DNA from: an uncultured Cytophagia bacterium
GTDB taxonomy: Bacteria; Zhuqueibacterota; Zhuqueibacteria; Oleimicrobiales; Geothermoviventaceae
Direction: 5' to 3'
Length of the DNA stretch: 64,000 bases
NCBI GenBank assembly: GCA_964644845.1
Contig: CAZXXS010000097.1
Coordinates: forward strand, 153,838 to 217,837
This document shows positions 30,365 to 40,549 of this stretch, piece after piece. The position numbers and the translations under genes were made by a program. Under the pieces are notes generated by a model, which had not been told where the DNA came from, ran no database searches, and saw only the letters and a list, made by a program, of their open reading frames with translations. Position 1 is the first letter of the stretch; every line of letters starts with the position of its first letter.

Positions 30365-31267
30365 GTGAGACGACTGCTGATTCTCGCTGCTTTGCTGTTT
30401 TTTCTGCTCCCCAGTTTTGGGTGCGGGCAGAAGCGCGGTGCTTTTGACGGCCAGAAAGCTTTTGCGGAGCTCGAGCGTCAGGTGAGTTTTGGACCACGGT
30501 TCCCGGGTTCCGCAGGTCACGATCGCTGTCTGGACTACCTGGTTACAACCCTCCGTGGCTACACAGACGACGTTCGTCAGCAGAGTTTCACCTTCACCTA
30601 CGGACCGGAGCGTGTAACGGCCAAGGCGACCAATGTCGTTGCTCGCTTTGGGCCTGGGGGTAACCCTCGATTGCTTCTCTGTGCGCACTGGGACACGCGC
30701 CCGTGGGCCGACCGCGACCCCAATCCCGCAAACCGTCAGAAGCCGATCCTCGGGGCCAACGACGGTGCCTCAGGCGTGGCCGTGCTGTTGGAGCTGGCCA
30801 GGGTGATGCACACTCGACCGCCGCGACAGGGCGTGGTAATTGTCCTTTTTGACGCCGAGGATGAGGGGGTGGAAGGAGACGACGACAGCTACGCGATCGG
30901 TTCGAAGTTCTACGCCGAGCATCTGCCAGAAACCGAACGGCCTGAATTCGGGATCCTCCTTGACATGGTCGGTGACGCCGATCTGAACCTGTACCAAGAA
31001 GGCTACTCACTCACCTACGCCAAAGCCTACGTGGATCTGGTTTGGCAAACCGCGCAACAGCTGGGCTACCCGGAGTTCATTCCTCGTGCACAGTACTACG
31101 TGGTGGATGACCACGTGCGTTTACTGAAGGTTGGGGTGCCTTGCATCGACATCATTGACTTCGACTACCCCTACTGGCACACGCTGCAGGACACGCCCGA
31201 CAAATGCAGTGCCGCGAGCCTGGAAAAAGTGGGCCGTGTTCTGGAGCACGTAATTTACGGGTACTGA
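30365..31267 (+). CDS. M28-family glutaminyl-peptide cyclotransferase-like lipoprotein
   Basis: 300 aa with a lipobox (LLPSFGCG). Zn-binding M28 motifs HWDTRPWAD, LFDAEDEG, HTLQDT typical of animal-type glutaminyl cyclases of Bacteroidota. GTG start 22 nt after the sprA stop. Confidence 0.7.
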   Translation: MRRLLILAALLFFLLPSFGCGQKRGAFDGQKAFAELERQVSFGPRFPGSAGHDRCLDYLVTTLRGYTDDVRQQSFTFTYGPERVTAKATNVVARFGPGGNPRLLLCAHWDTRPWADRDPNPANRQKPILGANDGASGVAVLLELARVMHTRPPRQGVVIVLFDAEDEGVEGDDDSYAIGSKFYAEHLPETERPEFGILLDMVGDADLNLYQEGYSLTYAKAYVDLVWQTAQQLGYPEFIPRAQYYVVDDHVRLLKVGVPCIDIIDFDYPYWHTLQDTPDKCSAASLEKVGRVLEHVIYGY

Positions 31268-31375
31268 GCTGGACGACGTAGCGCGGAGTGCCACGACCAG
31301 GACACACCCGTGAAATACGGCTCCAGGTTTCCCCCGAGGATCTGCCCGCAATGTGTTTGAGAAATGGAGTGAAGT

Positions 31376-32230
31376 ATGCCTCGACGTTGGCCGAAAGTCA
31401 TTCTGCGGGGACCGCAGGAAGAGCGCGAGATTGTGGCAGCTGCGCTTCTTGAACACGGAGCTTTAGGAGCATGGGATACCCCAGGTTCCACGGTGATTTA
31501 CTTCCCCCCAGCGCTCTCTGAGGAGGAGGTAAAGGAACTCGTGTCCTCTGCCCTGACGCCAAAGAGCCACGTTTCCTGGGCGGTTGGCTGGGAGCATGAA
31601 CAGGACTGGATGACAGGCTGGAGGCAGTATTTCAAACCAATTGCCGTTGGCAAGCGAATAATTGTGAAACCTCCATGGGGGCAAATTCCGTCTGAGTTGG
31701 TAGGGCGCGACGTGGTAGTCGAAATCGAACCGAAAATGGCTTTTGGAACCGGGACTCATCCTTCGACGCAGCTGGTTCTTGAAGCGGAAGAAGATCTCTT
31801 GGAAAAGCGTGCTGACGTGCTGGACGTCGGGACGGGCAGTGGCATCTTGGCCATCGCGGCTGTGCTTTTGGGAGCCCGGCGTGTGGTGGCCTTCGACGTA
31901 GACACGACAGCCGTGCGAAATGCCGTGGAGAACCTACGCCGGAACAAGGTACAGGATCGTGTGTGGATTTACGCGGGCGGACCAGAATGCGTGACAGCAA
32001 GCCGTTGCTTCGATCTTGTGCTGGCGAACATCCGCACGGATGTACATCGCGAGCTCCTTGGCTTCTACCGCCAGCGTTTGAGCAGGCGGGGGCGCGTTGT
32101 GCTGTCTGGGGTTTTGCGCAGCGAAACGGCTGAATTGAACCAGCTGCTTCGGCAAGAGGGATTCACCGTCGAGCGCGTACGAGAGCGGGAAGAGTGGGCT
32201 GCCATCGAAGCAGGTGTCCTGAGCAGGTGA
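31376..32230 (+). CDS. prmA: ribosomal protein L11 methyltransferase
   Basis: 284 aa. SAM-binding motif VLDVGTGSGILAI and a PrmA-like N-terminal domain. GGAGTGAAG RBS. Confidence 0.8.
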   Translation: MPRRWPKVILRGPQEEREIVAAALLEHGALGAWDTPGSTVIYFPPALSEEEVKELVSSALTPKSHVSWAVGWEHEQDWMTGWRQYFKPIAVGKRIIVKPPWGQIPSELVGRDVVVEIEPKMAFGTGTHPSTQLVLEAEEDLLEKRADVLDVGTGSGILAIAAVLLGARRVVAFDVDTTAVRNAVENLRRNKVQDRVWIYAGGPECVTASRCFDLVLANIRTDVHRELLGFYRQRLSRRGRVVLSGVLRSETAELNQLLRQEGFTVERVREREEWAAIEAGVLSR

Positions 32231-32964
32231 CGTGGCGCCGTCGAACGCGTGCGTTTGGCGCTTTGATCCTTTCGCTGGTGTTCTTTGCCCTGTGGACAAC
32301 CGGGGTGAACGCCAGAACCCGGCCCATCCTGGTCGATTCCGTTGGCGTTCACGGGGATTCCGTTTTCGTGACGTTTCAGGCCCCGGGACTCTTCGACAAC
32401 ACCGTGCTACGAGCTCTTCGCCGTGGAGCGACCAGTGCCGTGGAGTACGAGATTCGCCTGTGGCGAGACCGGAAATTTGTACCTGACGCTTTGATTTCCA
32501 CGCGCCGGTGGCGTGTGCGCATCGTTTACGACCACCTTGAGGCAAAATACCTCCTTTTCGAAGCGGACACGAGCGCCGGATTGCCGGTAGAATTGGAAGA
32601 AGCGATTCGTCGTTGCGAACGCAGACGGCGCGAGTTTGTTTTCTCGCCGGTGCGTAGCCTGAAGCCGGGACGGTATTTTGTGAGTGTGTCAGTGGTGGTG
32701 GAGCCACTCGCGGTGGAAAACTACCGGGAACTGAAGCGCTGGGTTTCCGGGGAGGCGAAGACGCTGGCGGAACGCTTGAAGAAAGGAAATCGCGCGCAAG
32801 AGGAACGGGGGCGCCTGTTCCAGATTTTGCTCGAGCTGACCGGCTTTGGTGATCGGGTCCGTGGGGGACGATCTTTGCCTTTCGAAATTCGAAAGGATCA
32901 ACCGAGCACAAGTGGAGAAAGTGACGGGACTCACGATCGTTGGAGGGGTTTGTGCGTACATTAG
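32226..32964 (+). CDS. conserved hypothetical secreted/membrane-anchored protein (possibly DUF4390-like)
   Basis: GTG start overlapping the prmA stop by about 4 nt. N-terminal hydrophobic segment then a basic C-terminal region. Domain assignment is uncertain. Confidence 0.45.
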
Positions 32965-33441
32965 GAAGAATCTCTCGGTTCGAGAACAGCAAGAAGGGAA
33001 TGCGGGTGATCCTCCTCGCGAGCGCTTCCGGGATTACGAAAGAGGTGTGAGTCCGGGCGCGGCGGAGCTGCTTATTTCCGGCGTAACGGGCCGGGTTGGT
33101 AGAAAGTTTGCAGCAGCATTTTGAGGTTGGATCCCGGGTCTCCAGTGGAGTAGTGAGTTTCCGTTTGGGGGCGCTTGAGGCAGACCGGCGCGGGCTGGTC
33201 GTGTTCGGCAAGTCTTGCCGAAACGCAACAACGGGTAGCGGCACTCGGGGAGTGGTTTTGAGGGGCTGTCAGGCTTCTCAGTGGTCTTTTTCTGAACAGG
33301 GGAACTGGTGCTGTTGACTTTTCTCGGAGACTTGTGGGGGAAAGCTGTTGTCGTGCGGTTTGGTGCGGGGTCCGCTGCATTGACAGTCCAGCCAGGCGGC
33401 GGATGAAGGGGTGTGAACCTTTCCCAAGGAGGTGAACAAGT

Positions 33442-36400
33442 ATGCTGAAATTGCGAAAATGTCTGCTGACTGGCGCGACGGGGCTGCTTTTCCTGGCACT
33501 CGGGTTTTCTGGGTATGCTGGCACGGCTCCCCGCAATCTGGCAAAAGACCTGTCTGAAGATCTCAAGAACGCCAGAACGGAGCGACAGCTGGTGCAAGTC
33601 GTGCAGCGGGTTCAGACGTACCAACAGGAGCAAGAAGCTCGAGTTCAGGCAGCGTTGAAAGGGGTGCGGGCTAAGCAGGCGTTACTTCAAACGGCACGAA
33701 AGGCGATTTCTCCAGATGTACGCGTCCGTGCGGCGGTGCTGGCTGTCCGCGGGATGCTCCAGAGAGGGCAGAGTGTCGGCCTGGAAATTGAAAAAGCTCG
33801 AAAGGCCTACGGTGTCGCCGATGTGGCTGGGCGGGGTACAATCTCGGGCAAAGTGACGGTGGCCGGAGAGGCTCCGGAGGGCGACGTCGAGGTGGTGGCG
33901 TTTGATACGCTTGGGTACGTGGCGGATGTTGCACGCGTTGGCCCGCGAAACGCCAGGTACGTTTTGACAGTTCCCCCGGGCCGCTACTACCTGATGACGG
34001 TGAGCACGGGGTACGTCGACGAGATGTACGACGACATCCCGGCCCCCTTTGGCTCGAAAGAAGGGTGGCGTGCGGCAACTCTGGTGACTGTGAATGCTGC
34101 CGAACAGGTTGGGGACATCGATTTCGATCTGGACGTTGGCGCTACGATCACTGGGAAAATCTTCGACTCCGATGGGTACCCACTGGCGGGTACAACCGTT
34201 TCGTTTCAGCTTACCAGTGTGCAGAGTCCGATCTCGCTGCTCGAGTACGAAACCTGGACGGATGACGCCACTGGTGAGTACCGAATCCACGTGCCTGCGG
34301 CGGGTCAGTACAAACTGGCGGCCAGCTGCGATGGTTACGCGCAGGTGTGGTACGACCAGAAAGACACGTGGGAAGAGGCGGACACGCTTCTGGTACCGTC
34401 TGCGGATGCTACGGTGGCTGGCATCGACTTTTCCCTGCCGTTTCAGGGTGGAGAAGGGATTGGCTTGCCCTCAGCGAGTGAGGGTGGTGCGATCTCTGGT
34501 GTGGTGAAAGGACCAGGCGGACTGTTCCCCGTGATCGCTGCTCTGACGGTGGCTTTCGATCTGGCCGACAGTTCGGTGGCCGGATTCGGCATGTCCATGC
34601 TCGGGAATCCGTACGTGATCGGAGGCCTCCAAGACGGAGAGTACCTTGTTTACGCTGACGACATTCTGGGTGACATCCTGGGGGTCGGGAACTACGTTGG
34701 GGAATTCTACGACGACGCACAAACTCCAGACCAGGCTACCCCGGTCCAAGTGAGCAACAGCGACACAACTTTCGGGATCGATTTCGAACTGGACAAGGGA
34801 GGTAAGATTGAGGGGACTGTCACGGGACCTTCTGGGGAGCCGCTGGATTCTGTCCTTGTTGTGGTAGCCGATGCGGGAATCCTGGATGCCGCGGACGACC
34901 CGTTTTTGACCCACGTCCGACTCGGTGTTACTTTGACAGATGATGCCGGGAAATTCTCACTCTCCGGCCTTCGGACGGGTGACTACGTACTCCGGACACT
35001 GACTGTGGTCAAGCACGTCGGCGAAGTGCTGGACGAGTACTGGGACGGACACCACAGCATCTGGGATTTCCGGGAGGCGGATGTTGTGCACGTTCAGGCG
35101 CCTCGTAAGGTCTCTGGAATCAACTTCACCTTGGATGCAGGCGGGAGTGTGCAGGGGCACGTGTACGGAAGCGACGGCACTACCCCAGTCCCCGCAACAA
35201 CAATTCTGGCGCTAAACGCTGACTCGAATCTGCCGGAATTCGCGTACGGCGAAGCGGGAACGGACGGGGCCTACACGTTGGCTCCTCTGCCTTCCGGTGA
35301 CTACAAGTTGCTGGCTATCTCGGCTGACGACAAACACCTGTCTGAGTTCTACGACGGCGCCTACCGACTCGAGGATGCCAACCTCGTTCATGTGGACGCT
35401 CCTAACGCCACCGACGGGATCGATTTCACCTTGAACGAAGGTAGTGTGATTCGCGGCTTTGTTCACCTGCCGGACGGTCTGCCCGTTGGAGCGGACACGA
35501 CCTACCGTTTTCCGGTTGTGGCTTACGACGCCAACACCGGGTTAATGGTGGACTACGCGTACGTGCAGTTTCCCGGTGGGTTCCGAATCAGTAAGCTGCT
35601 GCCGGGCCAGTACAAAGTTGCTGCGCTTCCGATTCTGTACGGCTACGCGGTGACCTACGTGGGTGGTGGCGACTCGTTTGACGACGAGGCAACTGGGACA
35701 GTGAACGTTGGCCCCGGCGCGGCAGTAGATGTAAGCATTACCCTGGAGCAGGGCTCAGGCTCGATTGCAGGCACAGTAACTGAGCAAGGCACCGGTGAAC
35801 CCCTCGACTTTGCTGTCGTCATGGCCTACGACGTTACTGGGCACGCCGCGGGCTTCGGTCTGGTTGGCGCGGATCCGGAACGCATGGTGCCGAGCAATCA
35901 GCCCGGGCAGTACACCATTCGCGGCTTGCGGCCCGGCAGCTACTACGTGCGGACATTCGCTTTTACGCACGTTTTCCCTCAAGTCTCTTCGATCGATCTC
36001 GAAAACTTTGAGTTCGATCTCAGTGGAGGAGAGCTTCCGTTTTTGTCGGGTGCGAACGGCAATTTCGGACTTTTCAATCTGTACCAGGACGAGTGGTACA
36101 ACAACGTGCCTGTCGAGAATTCGAAGATCACCCTGGAGACCCTGTACACGACGATTCTGGCTTTTGTGCGTCACGGTTTCGCCGAGGACTACGAGGATGA
36201 CCTGATTCCGTTCTACCTGCCGCTGCCGTTCCAGGACACACCTGTACCAGGCGCTTCGGCCGTAGTCGTTGAGGAGGGCGGTACGGCAACGGCAGATTTT
36301 GCTCTGGCTGGTGCCACCGTCCAACAAGTCACGGCCGTGGAAGGCGAAAGGACACCCATGCCTTCGAAATTTAAGTTGTCGCAAGCCTACCCGAACCCCT

Positions 36401-36642
36401 TCAACCCGAGCACTAACTTGCAGTTAGCTCTGCCGAAGGCGGGTCGAGTTCGCGTGGTGGTGTACGATCTGCTGGGACACCCGGTGCGGCAACTGCTGGA
36501 CGGCGTTCGACCGGCGGGACTGTACACGCTCACGTGGAACGCGACAAACGACCAGGGCGAAGCTCTCCCAAGCGGTGTGTACTTCGTTAGGGTCGAGACT
36601 GGCTCCTTCAAAGCAACGCGAAAGCTTCTGCTGCTGAAGTAG
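33442..36642 (+). CDS. T9SS cargo protein: tandem carboxypeptidase-regulatory-like (CarboxypepD_reg) domains plus type-A Por C-terminal sorting domain
   Basis: 1066 aa. Signal peptide. At least 6 repeats of the G(T/S)I(S/T)G.V…G.P..(A/V).V motif. C-terminus KFKLSQAYPNPFNPSTNLQLALPKAGRVRVVVYDLLGHPV…GVYFVRVETGSFKATRKLLLLK matches the T9SS CTD. AAGGAGG RBS. Confidence 0.8.
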   Translation: MLKLRKCLLTGATGLLFLALGFSGYAGTAPRNLAKDLSEDLKNARTERQLVQVVQRVQTYQQEQEARVQAALKGVRAKQALLQTARKAISPDVRVRAAVLAVRGMLQRGQSVGLEIEKARKAYGVADVAGRGTISGKVTVAGEAPEGDVEVVAFDTLGYVADVARVGPRNARYVLTVPPGRYYLMTVSTGYVDEMYDDIPAPFGSKEGWRAATLVTVNAAEQVGDIDFDLDVGATITGKIFDSDGYPLAGTTVSFQLTSVQSPISLLEYETWTDDATGEYRIHVPAAGQYKLAASCDGYAQVWYDQKDTWEEADTLLVPSADATVAGIDFSLPFQGGEGIGLPSASEGGAISGVVKGPGGLFPVIAALTVAFDLADSSVAGFGMSMLGNPYVIGGLQDGEYLVYADDILGDILGVGNYVGEFYDDAQTPDQATPVQVSNSDTTFGIDFELDKGGKIEGTVTGPSGEPLDSVLVVVADAGILDAADDPFLTHVRLGVTLTDDAGKFSLSGLRTGDYVLRTLTVVKHVGEVLDEYWDGHHSIWDFREADVVHVQAPRKVSGINFTLDAGGSVQGHVYGSDGTTPVPATTILALNADSNLPEFAYGEAGTDGAYTLAPLPSGDYKLLAISADDKHLSEFYDGAYRLEDANLVHVDAPNATDGIDFTLNEGSVIRGFVHLPDGLPVGADTTYRFPVVAYDANTGLMVDYAYVQFPGGFRISKLLPGQYKVAALPILYGYAVTYVGGGDSFDDEATGTVNVGPGAAVDVSITLEQGSGSIAGTVTEQGTGEPLDFAVVMAYDVTGHAAGFGLVGADPERMVPSNQPGQYTIRGLRPGSYYVRTFAFTHVFPQVSSIDLENFEFDLSGGELPFLSGANGNFGLFNLYQDEWYNNVPVENSKITLETLYTTILAFVRHGFAEDYEDDLIPFYLPLPFQDTPVPGASAVVVEEGGTATADFALAGATVQQVTAVEGERTPMPSKFKLSQAYPNPFNPSTNLQLALPKAGRVRVVVYDLLGHPVRQLLDGVRPAGLYTLTWNATNDQGEALPSGVYFVRVETGSFKATRKLLLLK

Positions 36643-36672
36643 GCGAATCGGGGTGGTGGGGCGGCGGGGTTT

Positions 36673-36708
36673 AGCCCCGGTCCTGAGACACGGGCCGGGG
36701 CTTTTTTG
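36673..36708 (+). terminator. rho-independent terminator (GCCCCGGTCC-tgagaca-CGGGCCGGGGC + TTTTTT)
   Basis: 30 nt after the cargo gene stop. Seen directly. Confidence 0.8.
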
Positions 36709-37234
36709 TGGCCGCAGAGCTTGTCGGAAGAAACCCCTCTGACAACGGCGGCTGCGCCCCATGCCTTCACCGCAGCCGATTTTTCCTGGAGCCGTACCCA
36801 ACGGCAGGCGCGACCCGTTAGGGCGAGGTGGGGAATGCGTAGCTTACGGAGAAAACACGGAGCAAAGTTCTTGCCTTGGCCTGGAAAACTTGGTTGCTTC
36901 TTCGGGATCGGTTCGTCGGGTGGTCTCACGAGCGCCCGTGGGATCTTCCGCAGTCGATCTCGAGTCCCTTGGTGTCCCGGCGCAGCAAAGACACAACCCG
37001 AGTCCGAACACAGAGAGTGGACACCGGAGATGTTTGCCGATTGGTGCGCTCGTGAGCGAGGTGTTTTTGTGAACCAGGCTTATTACCTTCGACGGCCTGT
37101 GTGGGAAAATCGGGCGCTCTCCGGTGTGAACGTTCGCGTTGATTTTGTGCCGGGGCGTGTGTAATTTCCAGCGCGGTAACGGGGCGCCCGCCCTCGAGCG
37201 CGGGCGGTGGCAGTGCGACAAAAGAGAGAACAGG

Positions 37235-37897
37235 ATGCCGGCGAAAGTAGATCTCACAAAGGGACAGAACGTTGTTCTTCAAAAAGACGCTGAGGTAATC
37301 GATTTTCGCTCGGAAACGGTGGTTCTGGACGTCAGCGACGAGCAAATCGCAGTGGCGTGTCGAACGCTCACGGGCGACGAGCTGGCGCTTTCCAGCGGCG
37401 ACTGGGTCTACGTGATTTTCATCCGGCCAGATGCCCTCTACAACTTTCGCACCCGTGTGGCGGCGGTGGACAGCGCAAACAAGGTGGCTTACCTGGAGCG
37501 GCGGGATGCGGAAGTACGTCGCGTTCAGCGACGGCAGTACTTTCGTGTTTACGTTCGTGTCCGGGTTGTGGCACGACTCATTGACGACGGCCGGGTGCGG
37601 CGGGCTGTTTCGCTGGAGTACCCCGCTCAGGCGGAAAACTTGAGCGGCGGGGGCTTGCTCTTGAAGGTGGCCGGGCGGTACGAGATCGGCGATTTGTTGT
37701 CCATTCAAATTTTCCTGCCAGATGGTAAGCCGCCGGTCGAGGCCGTAGGCAAGATTGTGCGTGTTCAGAACGAACCCAAGGACGAGAACCTCGCCGCGCA
37801 CTACGGGGTGGAATTCGTGGAGATCGACGAACGCGAACGCAGCCGGATCATCGCTTTCCTGAACAAAGTCCAGGCCAGCAAGCTCGCGGGGGTGTAA
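37235..37897 (+). CDS. PilZ-domain (c-di-GMP-binding) protein
   Basis: About 220 aa from the internal ATG (MPAKVDLTKG). RRQYFRV…LSGGG PilZ signature preceded by a YcgR-N-like domain. Confidence 0.7.
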   Translation: MPAKVDLTKGQNVVLQKDAEVIDFRSETVVLDVSDEQIAVACRTLTGDELALSSGDWVYVIFIRPDALYNFRTRVAAVDSANKVAYLERRDAEVRRVQRRQYFRVYVRVRVVARLIDDGRVRRAVSLEYPAQAENLSGGGLLLKVAGRYEIGDLLSIQIFLPDGKPPVEAVGKIVRVQNEPKDENLAAHYGVEFVEIDERERSRIIAFLNKVQASKLAGV

Positions 37898-37898
37898 C

Positions 37899-38513
37899 GT
37901 GTTCCTCCCCGAGGATGCTTACCGCACGGTCTCCAGGGTCGGGAAAGCGGAGATCGAAGTCAAAGGCTCCCGATTCATCGGCCACGCATTGCCAGCGAGC
38001 ACGGTGGAGGAAGCCGAGGAAAAGATTGACGCCATCCGGCAGTACTACCGCGATGCGACGCACAACTGTTTCGCTTACCGAATCGGAACGGGCCCTGGGT
38101 TGGTTTACCGCTTCGACGACGCTGGCGAACCTGGGGGGACCGCAGGGCGTCCAATTTTGCAAGCGATTGAAGGCAAGGGCCTGACGGACGTTGCTGTTGT
38201 CGTTACCCGTTACTTTGGCGGCACAAAGCTCGGCGCTGGCGGACTTGTGCGAGCCTACGCCAGCGTTGCGGCAGCTGCCCTGGATGCGGCCGAACCGGTG
38301 GTCCGGTACTTCGAGGAGACGTTTCGCGTCAGTTTTCCTTACCCCTTCTACAGTGCCGTCCAGCAAACGCTGGGTCAGTTCGGTGCCCGAGTTTTGCACT
38401 CCGCTTTCTCAGAAAGAGTTACGCTGGTTGTGGCTGTGCGGACGTCGAACCTCAAAAGCCTGCTCGAAGCCCTCCTGGACGCAACGTCTGGCAAACTCGA
38501 GAGGATTGAATGA
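37899..38513 (+). CDS. YigZ/IMPACT-family (UPF0029) protein
   Basis: 204 aa. Motifs GSRFIGH…HNCFAYR…DDGEPGGTAG typical of YigZ. Confidence 0.8.
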   Translation: MFLPEDAYRTVSRVGKAEIEVKGSRFIGHALPASTVEEAEEKIDAIRQYYRDATHNCFAYRIGTGPGLVYRFDDAGEPGGTAGRPILQAIEGKGLTDVAVVVTRYFGGTKLGAGGLVRAYASVAAAALDAAEPVVRYFEETFRVSFPYPFYSAVQQTLGQFGARVLHSAFSERVTLVVAVRTSNLKSLLEALLDATSGKLERIE

Positions 38514-39796
38514 TCGACCTCCTGGGCATCCTTTTGACCCTTGTGCTTTCCGCCTTTTACTCGGGCAGCGAGACGGCGCTCGTTTCCGCGAACCGCCTCA
38601 AGTTCGAAGCTCTACGCCGCCTGGGCTCGCGTACAGGCAAACGGGTTGTGAAGCTGCTTGAGGAACCCGACCGCTTTCTCACGATTTGCGTTGTGGGTAC
38701 CAACATTGCGGTAGTTGCGTGGTCGTCGCTTGTGGCGATCAAGCTGGAGCCGGTGATGGCCAGTTCCACCATCGTGCTGGTTTCCGCCACGGTGATGTTG
38801 ATTTTCGGGGAGATCTTGCCGAAGACATTGGGCCGTTCGCTGGCGGACCGCTCGGCCGGCTGGATTGCCGCTGGGGTCGCGGTTTCTGAGGTCCTTCTCT
38901 ACCCGATGGTGTGGTTTGTGAGGGCAGTAGGGCGCGTGCTCGCGAAACTTTTCGGCGCCAAGCCTGGGGGTGCTGGGATGCGTTTCTTGCTGTCGCGCCG
39001 CGATCTCGAGTACCTCCTGGCTTCAAGCGAGGGGATGGCTCCCGTTGAAGAAGAAGAACGGGCGTTTATCACCCGGGTATTTCGTTTGGGGCACCAGCGC
39101 GTTCGCGACATCATGATTCCGCGAACAGAAATCGAGGCGGTCAGAATTGATGAACCCCTTGCTAAGGTGATTCAGAAGTTCAAATCGACAGGCTACTCGC
39201 GCTTGCTTGTCTACGGTGACAACCTCGACGACGTGCGCGGCTTTGTCCACGTGCTCGACCTCCTCAAGAAGCCTGAGCGTTGGCAGGACGTCATTCGTCC
39301 TGTGTTGGCCGTGCCCGAAAGCCTGTCCAGTGTTGAGCTGCTGCGTCGGATGCAAAGGGAGAAGAAAAGCATCGCTGTGGTGGTCGACGAGTACGGTGGC
39401 ACGGAAGGCCTGGTGACGCTGGAAGATCTGGTGGAACAGCTTTTCGGTGAGATTCAGGACGAGTTCGACAACGAAGAACGTCTGGTACGTCGGCTCGGGC
39501 CGAGATCGTTCGTCGTTTCAGCCCGGGCTGAAGTGGCCTCGCTGAACGAAACGTTCGGTTTGAATCTCCCGGAGGGCGACTACGTCACGATTGGCGGGCT
39601 TCTTACGGAAAGGGCGGGGCGTATTCCAGCGCCAAATGAGGAACTGGTCGTCGGCGAGTGGCGTATTCGGGTGCTTTCTTCGAGTCCGAAGCGAGTGGAA
39701 TGGGTGCGGTTGGACCCGGTACGGCAGGACAAGCCACAACGTGGGGTACTGGAGAACGCGACGTCTGCGAAGCGTGGTACTGGGGAGCTGACGTGA
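38510..39796 (+). CDS. hemolysin-family protein with CNNM (DUF21) transmembrane, CBS pair and CorC_HlyC domains
   Basis: 428 aa. Four N-terminal TM helices, CBS region, C-terminal transporter-associated domain. Confidence 0.8.
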   Translation: MIDLLGILLTLVLSAFYSGSETALVSANRLKFEALRRLGSRTGKRVVKLLEEPDRFLTICVVGTNIAVVAWSSLVAIKLEPVMASSTIVLVSATVMLIFGEILPKTLGRSLADRSAGWIAAGVAVSEVLLYPMVWFVRAVGRVLAKLFGAKPGGAGMRFLLSRRDLEYLLASSEGMAPVEEEERAFITRVFRLGHQRVRDIMIPRTEIEAVRIDEPLAKVIQKFKSTGYSRLLVYGDNLDDVRGFVHVLDLLKKPERWQDVIRPVLAVPESLSSVELLRRMQREKKSIAVVVDEYGGTEGLVTLEDLVEQLFGEIQDEFDNEERLVRRLGPRSFVVSARAEVASLNETFGLNLPEGDYVTIGGLLTERAGRIPAPNEELVVGEWRIRVLSSSPKRVEWVRLDPVRQDKPQRGVLENATSAKRGTGELT

Positions 39797-40254
39797 AGCT
39801 CGCACTACTCAGTGTTGGCAAGGTCAAAGACCAGCGGATGACCAGCTTGATTGACGACTACCTGCGTCGCTTACGGGGAAGCGCCCAGGTGGACTGGGAG
39901 GTTGTAAAAGCAGCGGGTGCCACGTTGCCGAAACAGGAGGTAATGCGTGCCGAGGCAGAAAAGCTGCTTGGCCGCCTGAAATCGGACGATGTTGTGGTTC
40001 TCCTGGATGAGAAGGGCGTGCAGTGGAGCAGTCAGCAACTGGCGCAGTGGTTGGGAAAACAGCGGACGGTCGCGAGGCGAGTTGTTTTCGTTGTGGGAGG
40101 ACCTTGGGGCACTGCAGTCGCGTTGCAGCGCCGGGCAGATGTAGTTCTGTCCCTCTCGCGCTTCACGCTGCAACACGACCTGGCGCTACTGGTGCTTGCA
40201 GAACAGCTCTACCGGGCGTTTTCTATCCTTTCGGGGCACCCGTACCACAAGTGA
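39793..40254 (+). CDS. rlmH: 23S rRNA (pseudouridine1915-N3)-methyltransferase
   Basis: GTG start overlapping the upstream stop. About 153 aa, SPOUT fold pattern (…VVLLDEKG…FVVGGPWG…). Confidence 0.75.
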   Translation: MKLALLSVGKVKDQRMTSLIDDYLRRLRGSAQVDWEVVKAAGATLPKQEVMRAEAEKLLGRLKSDDVVVLLDEKGVQWSSQQLAQWLGKQRTVARRVVFVVGGPWGTAVALQRRADVVLSLSRFTLQHDLALLVLAEQLYRAFSILSGHPYHK

Positions 40255-40318
40255 CGGAAGCCCGTTGTACCTGCGCAACGCTCCGTCTTGGAGTGACCCG
40301 CCTGTCTCCCGTGGAGTC

Positions 40319-40549
40319 CTACTCGAGGATCTCGAGTGTCGCGTGTTTGCCTGATTTCCTGGCGATTGCGTTCAGCAGAACTCGGATTGCCTGCGCGGTT
40401 CTACCGTTCTTGCCGATGACCTTGCCCATGTCCCTCTGGGCCACGCGAAGCTCGTAGACCGTCGTGGTTTCCCCAAAAACCTCGGAGACGCGGACCTGGT
40501 CCGGATGATCAACCAGGTGTTTCACGACGTATTCTACGAATTCTTTCAT
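40319..40549 (-). CDS. KH-domain RNA-binding protein (YlqC/UPF0109 family)
   Basis: [21 protein letters not shown]… with a [17 protein letters not shown] motif. GGGGAAGGTGG RBS. Confidence 0.75.
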   Translation of the reverse strand: MKEFVEYVVKHLVDHPDQVRVSEVFGETTTVYELRVAQRDMGKVIGKNGRTAQAIRVLLNAIARKSGKHATLEILE

